Origin: Chloroflexota bacterium
GTDB taxonomy: Bacteria > Chloroflexota > Limnocylindria > P2-11E
Assembly: GCA_038040265.1 (NCBI GenBank)
Contig: JBBPIP010000008.1
Location: forward strand, 24,844-88,843
Length of the DNA stretch: 64,000 bases
Reading direction: 5' to 3'
Shown: positions 28,777 to 38,202 of the stretch, piece after piece
How positions within the stretch are numbered: position 1 is the first letter of the stretch
Layout: each line of letters opens with the position of its first letter
Notes under the pieces: generated by a model
What the model was told of the DNA's origin: nothing
What the model saw: the letters and a program-made list of their open reading frames with translations, nothing else
Database searches by the model: none
Position numbers and translations under genes: made by a program

Positions 28777-29096
28777 CGTTCGTGGCGTCTTACTACTTGC
28801 GCGAGCGCACGCCCCCGATCTTCATGGGCCTCTTTCCCATGTATGGCGGTGGTCCTTTCGACCGCTTTTCGCCCGAGGTCTTCGCCGTACTCCTTGGACT
28901 GTTCACCGCTCTCTGCGCACTCGAGGCGTACGCCGGATGGCTTCTCTGGAACGGCGAGCCGCTCGGCGCGCGGATCACGCTTGTGCTCTTGCCCATCGAG
29001 GTCGCGTTCTGGGTCGGGTTTGCTGTTCCCTTCCCGCCCTTGATCGCGATCGTGCGGCTCGGTCTCCTCGCGGCGGGGTGGTCGGCCCTCCGCTGA
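28710..29096 (+). CDS. hypothetical membrane protein
   Basis: 128 aa with four hydrophobic segments. Divergent from the sigma factor gene. Confidence 0.45.
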   Translation: MIALQASAVLMWLVAAGFGIPAPFVASYYLRERTPPIFMGLFPMYGGGPFDRFSPEVFAVLLGLFTALCALEAYAGWLLWNGEPLGARITLVLLPIEVAFWVGFAVPFPPLIAIVRLGLLAAGWSALR

Positions 29097-29202
29097 GTGC
29101 GCGATGATGCGGTCATCTCCGACAGGACCAGCCGATTCGGCCATGCCCACCTCCCCTGCGGCGCGGACGGTAATCAGGGGCAGATTCGGTGTCAATAGAA
29201 GA

Positions 29203-29739
29203 TTGACAAAGTTGTCCACGAAAGCCGAATCTCTCTATCGGCGGTACCGATACCCCGACTGGCTCGAGGCGCACAGCAAGGTCGTGGGTGCCATTGCCGA
29301 AGCGCTGGTCGGGGCGCGGCGACGAGGCGCGCCGCGGATCGACGCGGAAGCGGCGGTTCTCGCGGCATATCTTCACGACATCGGGCGAAGCCCTCTCCTC
29401 GCCGGCGATCCACGAGACCACAACATCCTTTCCGGCCTCGTGCTCGCGGCCGAAGGCCTCGACGCGTGCGTGGAGCCCGCACGGCGGCACGCGATCTACA
29501 CCCTGCTCGATCCCGAGCTCGCGCCCCGCACCGCCGAAGAGAAGCTCGTTTACGTCGCGGACCGTCGCGGCGGCCAGGCCGTCGAGAAGCTTGAGGAGCG
29601 CGCTCGGGACACGGCGAGGCGCAACCCGAAGTACGCGACGGAGATCGAGCGGGCGATCCCACTCGCCCAGGCCATCGAGCGGGAGGTGTTCTCCGACGTA
29701 TCGTTCGCGCCCGACGAACTGGCGGAGAAGGTGCGGTGA
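29203..29739 (+). CDS. HD-domain phosphohydrolase
   Basis: H...HD motif (AYLHDIGRS). TTG at 29203 chosen inside ORF 29104..29739, so the start is uncertain. Confidence 0.62.
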   Translation: MTKLSTKAESLYRRYRYPDWLEAHSKVVGAIAEALVGARRRGAPRIDAEAAVLAAYLHDIGRSPLLAGDPRDHNILSGLVLAAEGLDACVEPARRHAIYTLLDPELAPRTAEEKLVYVADRRGGQAVEKLEERARDTARRNPKYATEIERAIPLAQAIEREVFSDVSFAPDELAEKVR

Positions 29740-30938
29740 TCGATCCGGGCCGCCTCGAGCGTCGCAGCACCGAGCTCGCGCAGATCGCGGGCAGCGGCAC
29801 GTCGGTATCGCGCCTCGGGCTCTCGGCGGATGAGCAGCACGCCCGGGATCTCGTCGCGGGCTGGCTCGCCGCCAAAGGCGCGCAGGTCCGGCGCGATCCG
29901 GCCGCGAACCTCTTCGCGAGATTCGGCGGCGAGGGCGAAGCAGTCCTCGTGGGGTCGCACCTCGACTCGGTGCCCGAGGGCGGCCGATTCGATGGTGCGC
30001 TCGGCGTCCTCTGCGCGGTCGAAGCGGTCGAGTCCTTACTCGAGGCGAAGGTGGAGCTGCGTCGCCCGGTCGAGATCGTCGCCTGGGCCGACGAGGAGGG
30101 CGCGCGCTTCGGCGTCGGCCTCTTCGGATCCACGGCGGCGTTCGGGCGCCTCGCGCGCGGAGTTGGTGACCGCAAGGACCGGAATGGAATTTCCATCGCC
30201 GACGCGTTGCGCGCGCTTGGCGAGCGAGGCGACCCCGCGGCGGCGCGGCGCGATCCAAAGTCTCTCGCCGCGTACCTCGAGCTCCATATCGAGCAAGGAC
30301 CGCGCCTCGAGACCGCCGGCGTGCCGCTCGGGATCGTGAGCGACATCGTTGGCATCTACCACGCTCGCGTCGCGATCCGCGGCCGGGCCGATCACGCCGG
30401 CGCGACCGTGATGACCGCGCGGGCGGATGCGCTCGCGGCCGCTTCCGAGATCGTCCTCGCGGTCGAGCGGATCGCTCGGGAGCGACCCGATTCGGTCGGA
30501 ACGGTGGGGGAGATCGCGGTGCGTCCAGGCGCGAAGAACGTCGTGCCTGGCGAGTGCGTCTTCTCGCTCGACCTGCGCTCCGCGCGGGATCACGATGGCC
30601 TCGTCCAGGAGGTGCTCGCCGCGCTGATGCGTATCGCGAGCGCGCGCGGCGTCGAAGCGTCGGTCGACGATCTCGCGCGCGTTCCGGTCACCCCCCTCGA
30701 TCACGGGATCCGCGATGTCCTGAAGCGAGCGACGAAGAGCGTCGGCGTCGACGCGCCCGAGCTCGTCAGCGGCGCCGGGCACGACGCGCAGAACCCCGCG
30801 CTTTCAGGAGTGCCCACCGGCATGATCTTCGTGCGCTCGACCGGCGGCTCGCACACGCCACGTGAATTCGCGTCCAATGAGGACTCCGCGCTCGGAGCAC
30901 ACGCGCTCGCGATAGCGATAAAGGAGCTTGCGACATGA
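29736..30938 (+). CDS. M20-family Zn-dependent amidohydrolase (allantoate/N-carbamoyl-amino-acid amidohydrolase-like)
   Basis: 400 aa with GSHLDSVPEGGRFDGALGV, WADEEGARFG and GAGHDAQ motifs. Confidence 0.85.
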   Translation: MIDPGRLERRSTELAQIAGSGTSVSRLGLSADEQHARDLVAGWLAAKGAQVRRDPAANLFARFGGEGEAVLVGSHLDSVPEGGRFDGALGVLCAVEAVESLLEAKVELRRPVEIVAWADEEGARFGVGLFGSTAAFGRLARGVGDRKDRNGISIADALRALGERGDPAAARRDPKSLAAYLELHIEQGPRLETAGVPLGIVSDIVGIYHARVAIRGRADHAGATVMTARADALAAASEIVLAVERIARERPDSVGTVGEIAVRPGAKNVVPGECVFSLDLRSARDHDGLVQEVLAALMRIASARGVEASVDDLARVPVTPLDHGIRDVLKRATKSVGVDAPELVSGAGHDAQNPALSGVPTGMIFVRSTGGSHTPREFASNEDSALGAHALAIAIKELAT

Positions 30939-31369
30939 GCGAAAACGCGGCGTGCGTCTTTTGCCGCATCCTCGCCGGTCACGAGAAGGCGAGCTTCGTC
31001 GCCCAGGGAACCGACGCGGTCGCCTTCCTCGATCTGCATCCGATCAACGAGGGCCACACGCTCGTCGTTCCGCGGAAGCACGCAGCCTCGATCAGCGAGG
31101 TGGACGAGGTCGCGGCAGTCGCGATGTGGTCGCTCGCCCGGCGCATCGCCGCGGGGCTGCGCGTCTCCGGTCTGCGCTGCGAGGCCATCAACCTCTTTCT
31201 GGCGGACGGCGCCGTGGCCGGTCAGGAAGTCTTTCACTCGCACCTGCACGTGATCCCGCGCTTCGAGGGCGATGGTTTTGGAATCAAGTTCCCGCCCCAC
31301 TACGGCGCGGCGGCCGAGCGCAAGGCGCTCGACGACATCGCCGCCCGGCTCCGCAAGCGACTTTCCTGA
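30935..31369 (+). CDS. HIT-family (histidine triad) protein
   Basis: CVFCRI... and the HSHLHVIP histidine triad. Confidence 0.9.
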   Translation: MSENAACVFCRILAGHEKASFVAQGTDAVAFLDLHPINEGHTLVVPRKHAASISEVDEVAAVAMWSLARRIAAGLRVSGLRCEAINLFLADGAVAGQEVFHSHLHVIPRFEGDGFGIKFPPHYGAAAERKALDDIAARLRKRLS

Positions 31370-31385
31370 TCGAGCGGCCCCTTCG

Positions 31386-31403
31386 CCAGTTGACGTAAAC
31401 TGG
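31386..31403. promoter_or_regulatory. 18-bp near-perfect palindrome, candidate MerR-type operator
   Basis: CCAGTTGACGTAAACTGG: 6-bp perfect arms CCAGTT/AACTGG around an ACGT-centred core, 7 nt upstream of the MerR-family ATG. Confidence 0.35.
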
Positions 31404-31409
31404 CGGGCG

Positions 31410-31808
31410 ATGGCGACGGCGGCGCCGAGCTCTTCGTACCGGATCGGGGAGTTGGCCGCGAAGGTCGGGTTGACCGAGCGGACGATCCGCTACTACGAGG
31501 AACGCGGCCTCCTTGAGTCGGTGAAACGACTCGACGGCGGGCAACGCGTGTACACCGACGATGACGTTCGCAGGCTCAAGTTCATCCAGAAGCTGAAGGT
31601 GCTCGGTCTCTCGCTCGCCGAGATGCAGGAGCTCGAAACGCTCTACGGTCGGCATCACACCAATGACAAAGTGCTGCCGCGCCTGATCGAGCTGCTCGAC
31701 GCCCACCTCACCACCGTGAGCGAGCGTCTGCGCGAGCTCGCCGCGCTCCGCGATGAGATCCGCTCGTACCGCCAGCACGTGACGAAGCGGTTGGAAGAAG
31801 CAAAATGA
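31410..31808 (+). CDS. MerR-family transcriptional regulator
   Basis: YRIGELAAKVGLTERTIRYYEERGLL helix-turn-helix. ATG at 31410 chosen inside ORF 31272..31808. Confidence 0.85.
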   Translation: MATAAPSSSYRIGELAAKVGLTERTIRYYEERGLLESVKRLDGGQRVYTDDDVRRLKFIQKLKVLGLSLAEMQELETLYGRHHTNDKVLPRLIELLDAHLTTVSERLRELAALRDEIRSYRQHVTKRLEEAK

Positions 31809-31896
31809 GCGAGGAGCAGCTTTGCTGCGACGAGCGAATCCCACCTGCCGGAGGCGCGTCTTCGCGGCGAAGCCGCGAGATTGGGCAAGAAGCCAA

Positions 31897-33069
31897 ATGA
31901 GCGCCGTCATCCTGGGCGCGGCTCGTACTCCGATCGGTGCGTTTCTCGGTGGCCTCGCGCCGCTGTCCGCACCGAAGCTCGGCGCGATCGCCATCAAGTG
32001 CGCTCTCGAACGAGCCGGCGTAGGCGCCGACCAGGTCGACGAGGTGTTCATGGGGAACGTCGTGCAGGCGGGTGTCGGCCAGGCACCGGCACGACAGGCG
32101 GCGCTCGGCGCGGGAATCCCGAACTCGGTCCCCTGCACGACGATCAACAAGGTCTGCGGGTCCGGTTTGAAGTCGGTGATGCTCGCCGCGACGCAGATCG
32201 CGGCCGGCGAGGCTCGACTCATCGTCGCCGGTGGGATGGAGTCGATGTCCAACGCGCCGTATCTCGCGCGCGGACTGCGCGCCGGCCTCCCCCTGGGCGA
32301 GCACAAGCTTGAAGACGCGAACCTCACCGACGGTCTCATGGACGCGTACGGTCACGGGCACATGGGTCTCGGCGGCGAGATCGTGGCCGAGCAGTGCGGG
32401 CTCGGCCGCGAGGATCAGGACCGCTTTGCCCTCGGGTCCTACGAGAAGGCGCTCCGCGCGCAGGGCGAGGGCGCGTTCGACGCGGAGATCGTCCCGGTCG
32501 AAGTCCCAGGCCGCAAAGGTGTGGTGACCCTCGTCAACAAGGATGAGACACCGCGCGAGACGAGCCTCGAGTCGCTCGCGAAGCTCCAGCCCGCGTTCAA
32601 GGCCGGCGGGACGATCACGGCGGGCAACGCCTCGAAACTCAACGACGGCGGCGCCGCGGTCATCGTCGCATCGGAGGAGCGCGCGCGGGAGCTCGGCGCA
32701 AAGCCAATCGCGCGGATCGTCGCCCAGGCACAGTTCGCGCACGAGCCCGACCTCTTCCTCGCGGCGCCCAAAGGCGCGATCGAGCGCTGCCTGAAGAAGG
32801 CCGGCTGGTCGATCGCAGATGTGGATCTCTTCGAGGTCAACGAGGCGTTCAGCGGAATCGAGTGCGTGCGCCGCGAGCTCGACATCCCCGAAGAGAAGTT
32901 CAACGTGAACGGCGGGGCCGTGGCTCTTGGTCATCCGATCGGCGCGTCCGGCGCGCGTCTTCTGGTGACGCTTCTCTATGCGCTGCGCGCGCGCTCCAAG
33001 AAGCGCGGTGTCGCGTCGCTCTGCCTCGGCGGTGGCGAGGCGGTCGCGCTCGCGGTCGAGCTCACGTAA
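31897..33069 (+). CDS. acetyl-CoA C-acetyltransferase (thiolase II)
   Basis: MSAVILGAARTPIGAF..., active-site Cys (NKVCGSGLK), C-terminal GLCLGGGEAVA-type motif. Confidence 0.95.
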   Translation: MSAVILGAARTPIGAFLGGLAPLSAPKLGAIAIKCALERAGVGADQVDEVFMGNVVQAGVGQAPARQAALGAGIPNSVPCTTINKVCGSGLKSVMLAATQIAAGEARLIVAGGMESMSNAPYLARGLRAGLPLGEHKLEDANLTDGLMDAYGHGHMGLGGEIVAEQCGLGREDQDRFALGSYEKALRAQGEGAFDAEIVPVEVPGRKGVVTLVNKDETPRETSLESLAKLQPAFKAGGTITAGNASKLNDGGAAVIVASEERARELGAKPIARIVAQAQFAHEPDLFLAAPKGAIERCLKKAGWSIADVDLFEVNEAFSGIECVRRELDIPEEKFNVNGGAVALGHPIGASGARLLVTLLYALRARSKKRGVASLCLGGGEAVALAVELT

Positions 33070-34238
33070 TGGCGACGACCACGGCGGAGACCGGCTTCGA
33101 CCTCACGCTTACCGAGGAGCAGGAGCTGGCCCAGCGGACCGCGCGTGATTTCGCCACCGAAAAGGTCCTTCCGCGCGCAGCCGAGATCGACGAGCAGGCC
33201 AAGATCCCGCCCGAGCTTCTCCGCGAGATGGGAGCGCTCGGTTTCATGGGGACTTACGTGCCTGAGCGGTACGGCGGCTCCGGCCTCGACATCGTCTCCA
33301 ACGTTCTGATCATCGAGGAGATTAATCGCGCGTGCGCGTCCACCGGCGTGGCGCTCTGCACGCACATATCGCTTGCCGTCGACCCCATCCTGCGTCACGG
33401 AAACGAGGCGCAGAAAGAGAAGTACGTTCCGAAGCTCGCTCGCGGCGAGTGGATCGGCTGCTTCGCGCTGTCAGAGCCGGCGGCGGGCAGCGATGCCGCC
33501 GCGATGCGCACGACCGCGCGGCGCGACGGCGACTCCTGGATCCTGAACGGCACCAAGAACTTCATCACCAACGGATCGATCGCCAACGTCGCGATCGTGT
33601 TCGCGCAAACAGACCCAGCGCAGAAGCACAAGGGCATCGCCGCGTTCATCGTCGAGAAGGGCACGCCCGGGTTCTCGGTTGGAAAGCTCGAGAAAAAGCT
33701 AGGGATCTGTGGATCGGACACCGCGCAGCTGATCTTTCAGGACGCGCGCGTCCCTGCCGCGAACCTACTCGGCGAGGTGGGACAGGGATTCAAGATCGCG
33801 CTCTCGACGCTGGACGGTGGGCGCATCTCGATAGCCGCGCAGGCCGTCGGGATCGCGCGCGCCTGTCTCGAAGACTCGCTCGCGTACGCCAAGCAGAGGG
33901 AGGCGTTCGGCAAGAAGGTCGCGGACTTCCAGGCGATCCAGTGGATGCTTGCGGACATGGCCACCGAGATCGACGCCGCGCGCCTCCTGACCTGGCGGGC
34001 CGCGGCGCTCAAGGACGCGGGGGAAGACCACGTCCTGGCTGCCGCGCAGGCGAAGCTCTTCGCGAGCGACGTGGCGGTCAAGGCATCGCGCGACTGCGTC
34101 CAGATCTTCGGCGGGTACGGCTACCTGAGAGACTTCCCCGCCGAGCGCCATTATCGCGACGCGAAGATCACCGAGATCTACGAAGGGACTAGCGAGATCA
34201 TGAAGCTCGTCATCGCGGAAGAGATCTTGAAGGAATGA
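33069..34238 (+). CDS. short-chain (butyryl-type) acyl-CoA dehydrogenase
   Basis: ATG overlaps the thiolase TAA. ACAD motifs ([47 protein letters not shown]). Confidence 0.93.
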   Translation: MATTTAETGFDLTLTEEQELAQRTARDFATEKVLPRAAEIDEQAKIPPELLREMGALGFMGTYVPERYGGSGLDIVSNVLIIEEINRACASTGVALCTHISLAVDPILRHGNEAQKEKYVPKLARGEWIGCFALSEPAAGSDAAAMRTTARRDGDSWILNGTKNFITNGSIANVAIVFAQTDPAQKHKGIAAFIVEKGTPGFSVGKLEKKLGICGSDTAQLIFQDARVPAANLLGEVGQGFKIALSTLDGGRISIAAQAVGIARACLEDSLAYAKQREAFGKKVADFQAIQWMLADMATEIDAARLLTWRAAALKDAGEDHVLAAAQAKLFASDVAVKASRDCVQIFGGYGYLRDFPAERHYRDAKITEIYEGTSEIMKLVIAEEILKE

Positions 34239-34250
34239 GGCGAGCGAGGA

Positions 34251-34287
34251 GCGGCGCGCTTCGCGCTCAGGGGCCCCTGCCCCTGCC
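34251..34287. repeat. short dispersed GGGGCCCC-core motif (inverted orientation)
   Basis: GCGCGCTTCGCGCTCAGGGGCCCCTGCCCCTGCC lies just after the acyl-CoA dehydrogenase stop. It is the reverse orientation of the 1549 copy. Confidence 0.6.
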
Positions 34288-34353
34288 GACGACGAGTGAG
34301 CCCAGCAGCCGTGAGCGTGTCTCCGCGGCGTCAGCCGCGAGATTGATCAAAGA

Positions 34354-36345
34354 GTGATCGCGCCGACCGGCGGGTTCGTCATTGGCGGTGCGATCCTGCT
34401 GGTGCTCGCCGCGCTCGGGTTCGGCGCGTTCACCTGGCGCTCGTGGCGCCTCTACCAATACATGCGACTAGGCCGCGACGAGGCGCGCATCGATCACCCC
34501 TGGCGGCGCCTGCGCGACGAGCTCGTCGTGTATCTCGGTCAGCGCAAGCTCCTGAAGCGGCCGTATTACGTGCGCGGCCTCGCGCACGCGTTCATCTTCT
34601 GGGGATTCATCGTCATCACGATCGGGACGGTGGATCTGCTGGTCAGCGGGATCCTCGGTTTTCACGTTCCCGGAACGGGAAGCGGGCTCTTCGCGTGGAC
34701 CATCGACATCTTCGCGATCCTGGTGCTCGCCTCGATCGCGATCGCCCTGGTCCGTCGTCTGTTCTTCCCGCCCCCGCGCATGCATGTGGCGCTCGACGGG
34801 TACGTGATCCTCGGGATGATCGCGGTGCTCATGCTGACGCTTCTCGTCTTCGAGGGCGCGGGCTTGTCGGCCGGTCTGCTGGAGAAGGGCTACACCGCGC
34901 CGCCGATCGCGAACGCGATCCTCAAGTCGATCTTCGCGAAGAACGTCGCGGGCGTCGTGTTCCCGGTCGCGTGGTGGATGCACGTCGTGACCGTCCTCGC
35001 TTTCGCCGCATACCTCCCGCAGTCGAAGCACCTCCACATCGTCACGACCCTTCCCAACGTCTTCTTCCGCAAGCAGACTCCCCGTGGCGCTCTCTCGCTG
35101 ATCGAGGACATCGAGAACAAGGAGACCTTCGGCGCTGCCTCGATCCGCGACCTCTCGTGGAAGCAGCTCCTCGACGGGTACACCTGCACCGAGTGCGGCC
35201 GATGCTCCGACAACTGCCCGGCGCTCGCCACGGGGAAGCTCCTCGACCCGCAGAAGATCGTCCTCGACATCCGCGATCAGCTCCTGCGCGACGGCCCGAA
35301 GCTTCTCGCCGATCAGAAGGCGGAGACGACCCCGCCCGCTCATTACGTCGAGACCAAGCCGGAGGAGCTCTGGGCGTGCACGACGTGCGCGGCGTGCGTC
35401 GAAGCGTGCCCGGTCACGATCGAGCACATCGACAAGATCGTCGACATGCGCCGCCATCTGACGCTCATGGAAGGATCGGCTCCGCCCGAGGCGCAGCGCG
35501 CCATGACGAACATCGAGCGCGCGGGGAACCCGTGGGGCGAGCCGCGCGAGACGCGTGGGGACTGGGCAAAGGACCTGAACGTGCCGACCTTCGCCGAGAA
35601 GCCGGACGCGGAGTACCTCTACTTCGTCGGATGCGCCGCGTCGGTCGACCGTCGGAACCAGAAGGTTGCGCGGGCTCTGGTGCAGGTGCTGCGCGCGGCC
35701 GACGTGTCGTTCGCGATCCTCGCGTCCGAGGAGACGTGCAACGGCGACCCGGCGCGGCGCATCGGCAACGAGTACCTCTGGCAGACGCAGGCGCAGCAGA
35801 ACATCGACACCTTCAAGAAGTACGGCGTGCGGAAGGTCATCGCGAGCTGCCCGCACTGCTTCAACACGATCGCCAACGAGTACCCGCAGCTCGGCGGAAA
35901 CTACGAGGTCATCCACGCGCTCCAGCTCGTCGATCGGCTCATCGCCGACGGCAAGCTCAAAGTCGGTCGGGGAATGTCGGAGGCCGTCGCCTATCACGAC
36001 CCTTGCTACCTCGGGCGGCACAACGACATCTACGACGAGCCCCGCGCCGTCATGGACGCGCTCCCCGGGGTCCAGCGCGTCGAGATCGAGCCGCATAACC
36101 GGGAACGCGGGTTCTGCTGCGGCGCCGGCGGGGGGCGCATGTGGATGGAAGAGAAGGTGGGCCAGCGGGTGAACCACCGCCGGGTCGAGCAGCTCCTCGC
36201 GCTCAACAGCGGCGCGACGAAGGTCGCGAGCGGGTGCCCGTTCTGCTTGATCATGCTCGAGGAGGGCGTCGGGGCAAAGGGCGTGCAGGAGCAGATCCGG
36301 CCCGTGGACGTCCTCGAGCTCGTCGCGGGGAGGATCGAAAGCTAG
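34354..36345 (+). CDS. membrane-bound Fe-S oxidoreductase, EtfD-like (HdrD/GlpC-type CCG domains); probable ETF:quinone oxidoreductase
   Basis: N-terminal polytopic region, two 4Fe-4S motifs (CTECGRCSDNCP, CTTCAACVEACP), and two CCG-type cysteine motifs (CPHCFNT, GCPFCLIM). Sits directly upstream of etfBA. Confidence 0.8.
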   Translation: MIAPTGGFVIGGAILLVLAALGFGAFTWRSWRLYQYMRLGRDEARIDHPWRRLRDELVVYLGQRKLLKRPYYVRGLAHAFIFWGFIVITIGTVDLLVSGILGFHVPGTGSGLFAWTIDIFAILVLASIAIALVRRLFFPPPRMHVALDGYVILGMIAVLMLTLLVFEGAGLSAGLLEKGYTAPPIANAILKSIFAKNVAGVVFPVAWWMHVVTVLAFAAYLPQSKHLHIVTTLPNVFFRKQTPRGALSLIEDIENKETFGAASIRDLSWKQLLDGYTCTECGRCSDNCPALATGKLLDPQKIVLDIRDQLLRDGPKLLADQKAETTPPAHYVETKPEELWACTTCAACVEACPVTIEHIDKIVDMRRHLTLMEGSAPPEAQRAMTNIERAGNPWGEPRETRGDWAKDLNVPTFAEKPDAEYLYFVGCAASVDRRNQKVARALVQVLRAADVSFAILASEETCNGDPARRIGNEYLWQTQAQQNIDTFKKYGVRKVIASCPHCFNTIANEYPQLGGNYEVIHALQLVDRLIADGKLKVGRGMSEAVAYHDPCYLGRHNDIYDEPRAVMDALPGVQRVEIEPHNRERGFCCGAGGGRMWMEEKVGQRVNHRRVEQLLALNSGATKVASGCPFCLIMLEEGVGAKGVQEQIRPVDVLELVAGRIES

Positions 36346-36465
36346 ATGGATCTCACAGACGGTCAGACGATCTTCGCGATCGCGTTCACCTTCGTGATGC
36401 TTGTCGTCGCGTTCGCGGTCGTGGCCTTCGCGCTCTGGTACTCGGGGGACCAACAGGAGATATGA
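36346..36465 (+). CDS. 39-aa single-TM micropeptide (hand-found, below the ORF-track threshold)
   Basis: ATG immediately follows the upstream TAG. MDLTDGQTIFAIAFTFVMLVVAFAVVAFALWYSGDQQEI. Stop at 36463-36465. Confidence 0.3.
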   Translation: MDLTDGQTIFAIAFTFVMLVVAFAVVAFALWYSGDQQEI

Positions 36466-36553
36466 AAATCGAGCGACGAGCGGTTCATCCGCGAGGAGCA
36501 AGACCACCAGTCTTGAACGTGTCTCGAGGCGCAGCCGAGAGATTGAGAAGGCC

Positions 36554-37321
36554 TTGAAGATCCTCATTCCGCTGAAGCAGGTGCCGGACTCGACCGTCCG
36601 AGTGAAGGTCGCGCCCGACGGTAAGTCCGTCGCCACCGAAGGCATCACCTGGTCGATCTCGCCGTATGACGAGTACGCGATCGAGATGGCGCTCGAGCGC
36701 AAGGACGCGGATCCCTCCACGGTCGTCGCCGTTGTCGCGGTTGGCCCGGCGCGTTCGCGTGACGCACTGCGGCAGGCGCTCGCGATGGGCTGCGACGAGG
36801 CCTCGCTCGTCATCGCCGATGCCGCCGCGCCGCTCGCCGTGGCGCGCGCCCTGGCGAAGGTCGTGGAGGAAGCGAAGCCCGACCTCGTCCTCTGCGGCAA
36901 GCAGGCCTCCGACGACGATCAGGGCTTCGTAGGACCGGCCCTCGCCGAGCTCCTCGGCTGGCCGCACGTCGCGACGATCACGAAGGTCGCCCCGACCGAT
37001 GGCGGCGTCGAGCTCTGGCGTGAGGTCGAGGGCGGTCACGAGGTCTGGAAGGCGCCGCTCCCGGCGCTGGCGACGGTGCACAAAAGCGAGAAGGAGCCTC
37101 GGTATCCCTCGCTGCCCGGGATCATGAAGGCGAAAAAGAAGGAGATCCCCGAGCGCCCCATCAGCGCGCTCGGTGTCGACGGTTCCGGCCCGACGTGGAC
37201 GGTCCTCTCGATGGAGCCGCCGCCGACGCGCGGGGGAGGCAAGATCCTCAAGGACGGCGACGCCAAGCAGATCGCGGAGCAGCTGGCGACCGCATTGCGC
37301 GATGAGGCGAAGGTCCTGTGA
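36554..37321 (+). CDS. etfB: electron transfer flavoprotein beta subunit
   Basis: LKILIPLKQVPDS... is the typical EtfB N-terminus. TTG at 36554 chosen inside ORF 36401..37321. Confidence 0.9.
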   Translation: MKILIPLKQVPDSTVRVKVAPDGKSVATEGITWSISPYDEYAIEMALERKDADPSTVVAVVAVGPARSRDALRQALAMGCDEASLVIADAAAPLAVARALAKVVEEAKPDLVLCGKQASDDDQGFVGPALAELLGWPHVATITKVAPTDGGVELWREVEGGHEVWKAPLPALATVHKSEKEPRYPSLPGIMKAKKKEIPERPISALGVDGSGPTWTVLSMEPPPTRGGGKILKDGDAKQIAEQLATALRDEAKVL

Positions 37322-38202
37322 AGACGCTCGTCGTCGCGGAGCGCAAGGGCAGCGAGCTCCGGCGAGTCACGCTCGAGCTTGCCGCGAAGGCGCGCGAGCT
37401 CGGGGAAGCCACGATCGTGGAGATCGCTGGCGAGCGCTACTCGCCGATGCCGTTCGTGTCCGCGCTCGCGAAGAAGGTCGAGTCGGAAAAGCCGGACCTG
37501 GTGCTACTCGGCGCGACGCTGAACGGGCGCGATCTGGGCGCGCGGCTCGCGGCGCGGCTCGGCCGCGCGTACGCGGCCGACGTGACCGGTCTCCGCGCCG
37601 AGGGGAACGCCGTCGAGGTCGACAAGCCGATGTACGCGGGCAAGGTGCGCGCGAAGCTGCGCGTCGACCTTCCGGCCGTCGTCTCGGTCCGACCGGGAGC
37701 GCTCACGCTGAAGGGCGCCGCGGACGCGCCACCGCAGGTGGAGAACATCGAGGCCGACACATCGGCCGAGAAGCTCACCTTCGTGAAGCTCGAGGGCACG
37801 GCCACCGCCGCGAAGCGCGTCTCGCTCTCGGACGCGCGCGTGATCGTGTCCGGCGGACGCGGGCTCAAGGGACCCGAGAACTGGCATCTCGTCGAGGAGC
37901 TCGCCGACGCCCTCGGCGGCGCGGTCGGTGCATCGCGTGCGGTGACGGACGCCGGATGGCGGCCGAACGAGGAGCAGGTCGGGCAAACCGGAAAGACGGT
38001 CACGCCGGATCTCTACATCGCCCTGGGCATCTCCGGCGCGATCCAGCACCTCGCGGGCATGACGTCGAGCAAGGTGATCGTCGCGGTGAACAAGGATCCC
38101 GACGCCGACATCTTCAAAATCGCCGACTACGGTGTCGTCGCGGACGTGTTCGAGTTCGTCCCAGCGTTCACCGAAGCGGTCAAGAAAGCGCGGGCCTCGT
38201 GA
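37318..38202 (+). CDS. etfA: electron transfer flavoprotein alpha subunit
   Basis: GTGA overlap with etfB. FAD-binding C-terminal motif (PDLYIALGISGAIQHLAGM). Confidence 0.92.
   Translation: MKTLVVAERKGSELRRVTLELAAKARELGEATIVEIAGERYSPMPFVSALAKKVESEKPDLVLLGATLNGRDLGARLAARLGRAYAADVTGLRAEGNAVEVDKPMYAGKVRAKLRVDLPAVVSVRPGALTLKGAADAPPQVENIEADTSAEKLTFVKLEGTATAAKRVSLSDARVIVSGGRGLKGPENWHLVEELADALGGAVGASRAVTDAGWRPNEEQVGQTGKTVTPDLYIALGISGAIQHLAGMTSSKVIVAVNKDPDADIFKIADYGVVADVFEFVPAFTEAVKKARAS

Noticed and set aside
37173-38198. Upstream extension of the acyl-CoA dehydrogenase ORF (724-aa track ORF). Similar extensions occur at 21994..22269, 31272..31409, 31822..31896, 32862..33068, 36401..36553, 45369..45647, 53045..53137, 54238..54780 and 61679..61714
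   Set aside because: These extensions overlap the preceding, well-supported genes in another frame and have Arg-rich junk composition. Internal starts coincide with stop/start overlaps and with the conserved N-termini of the families.
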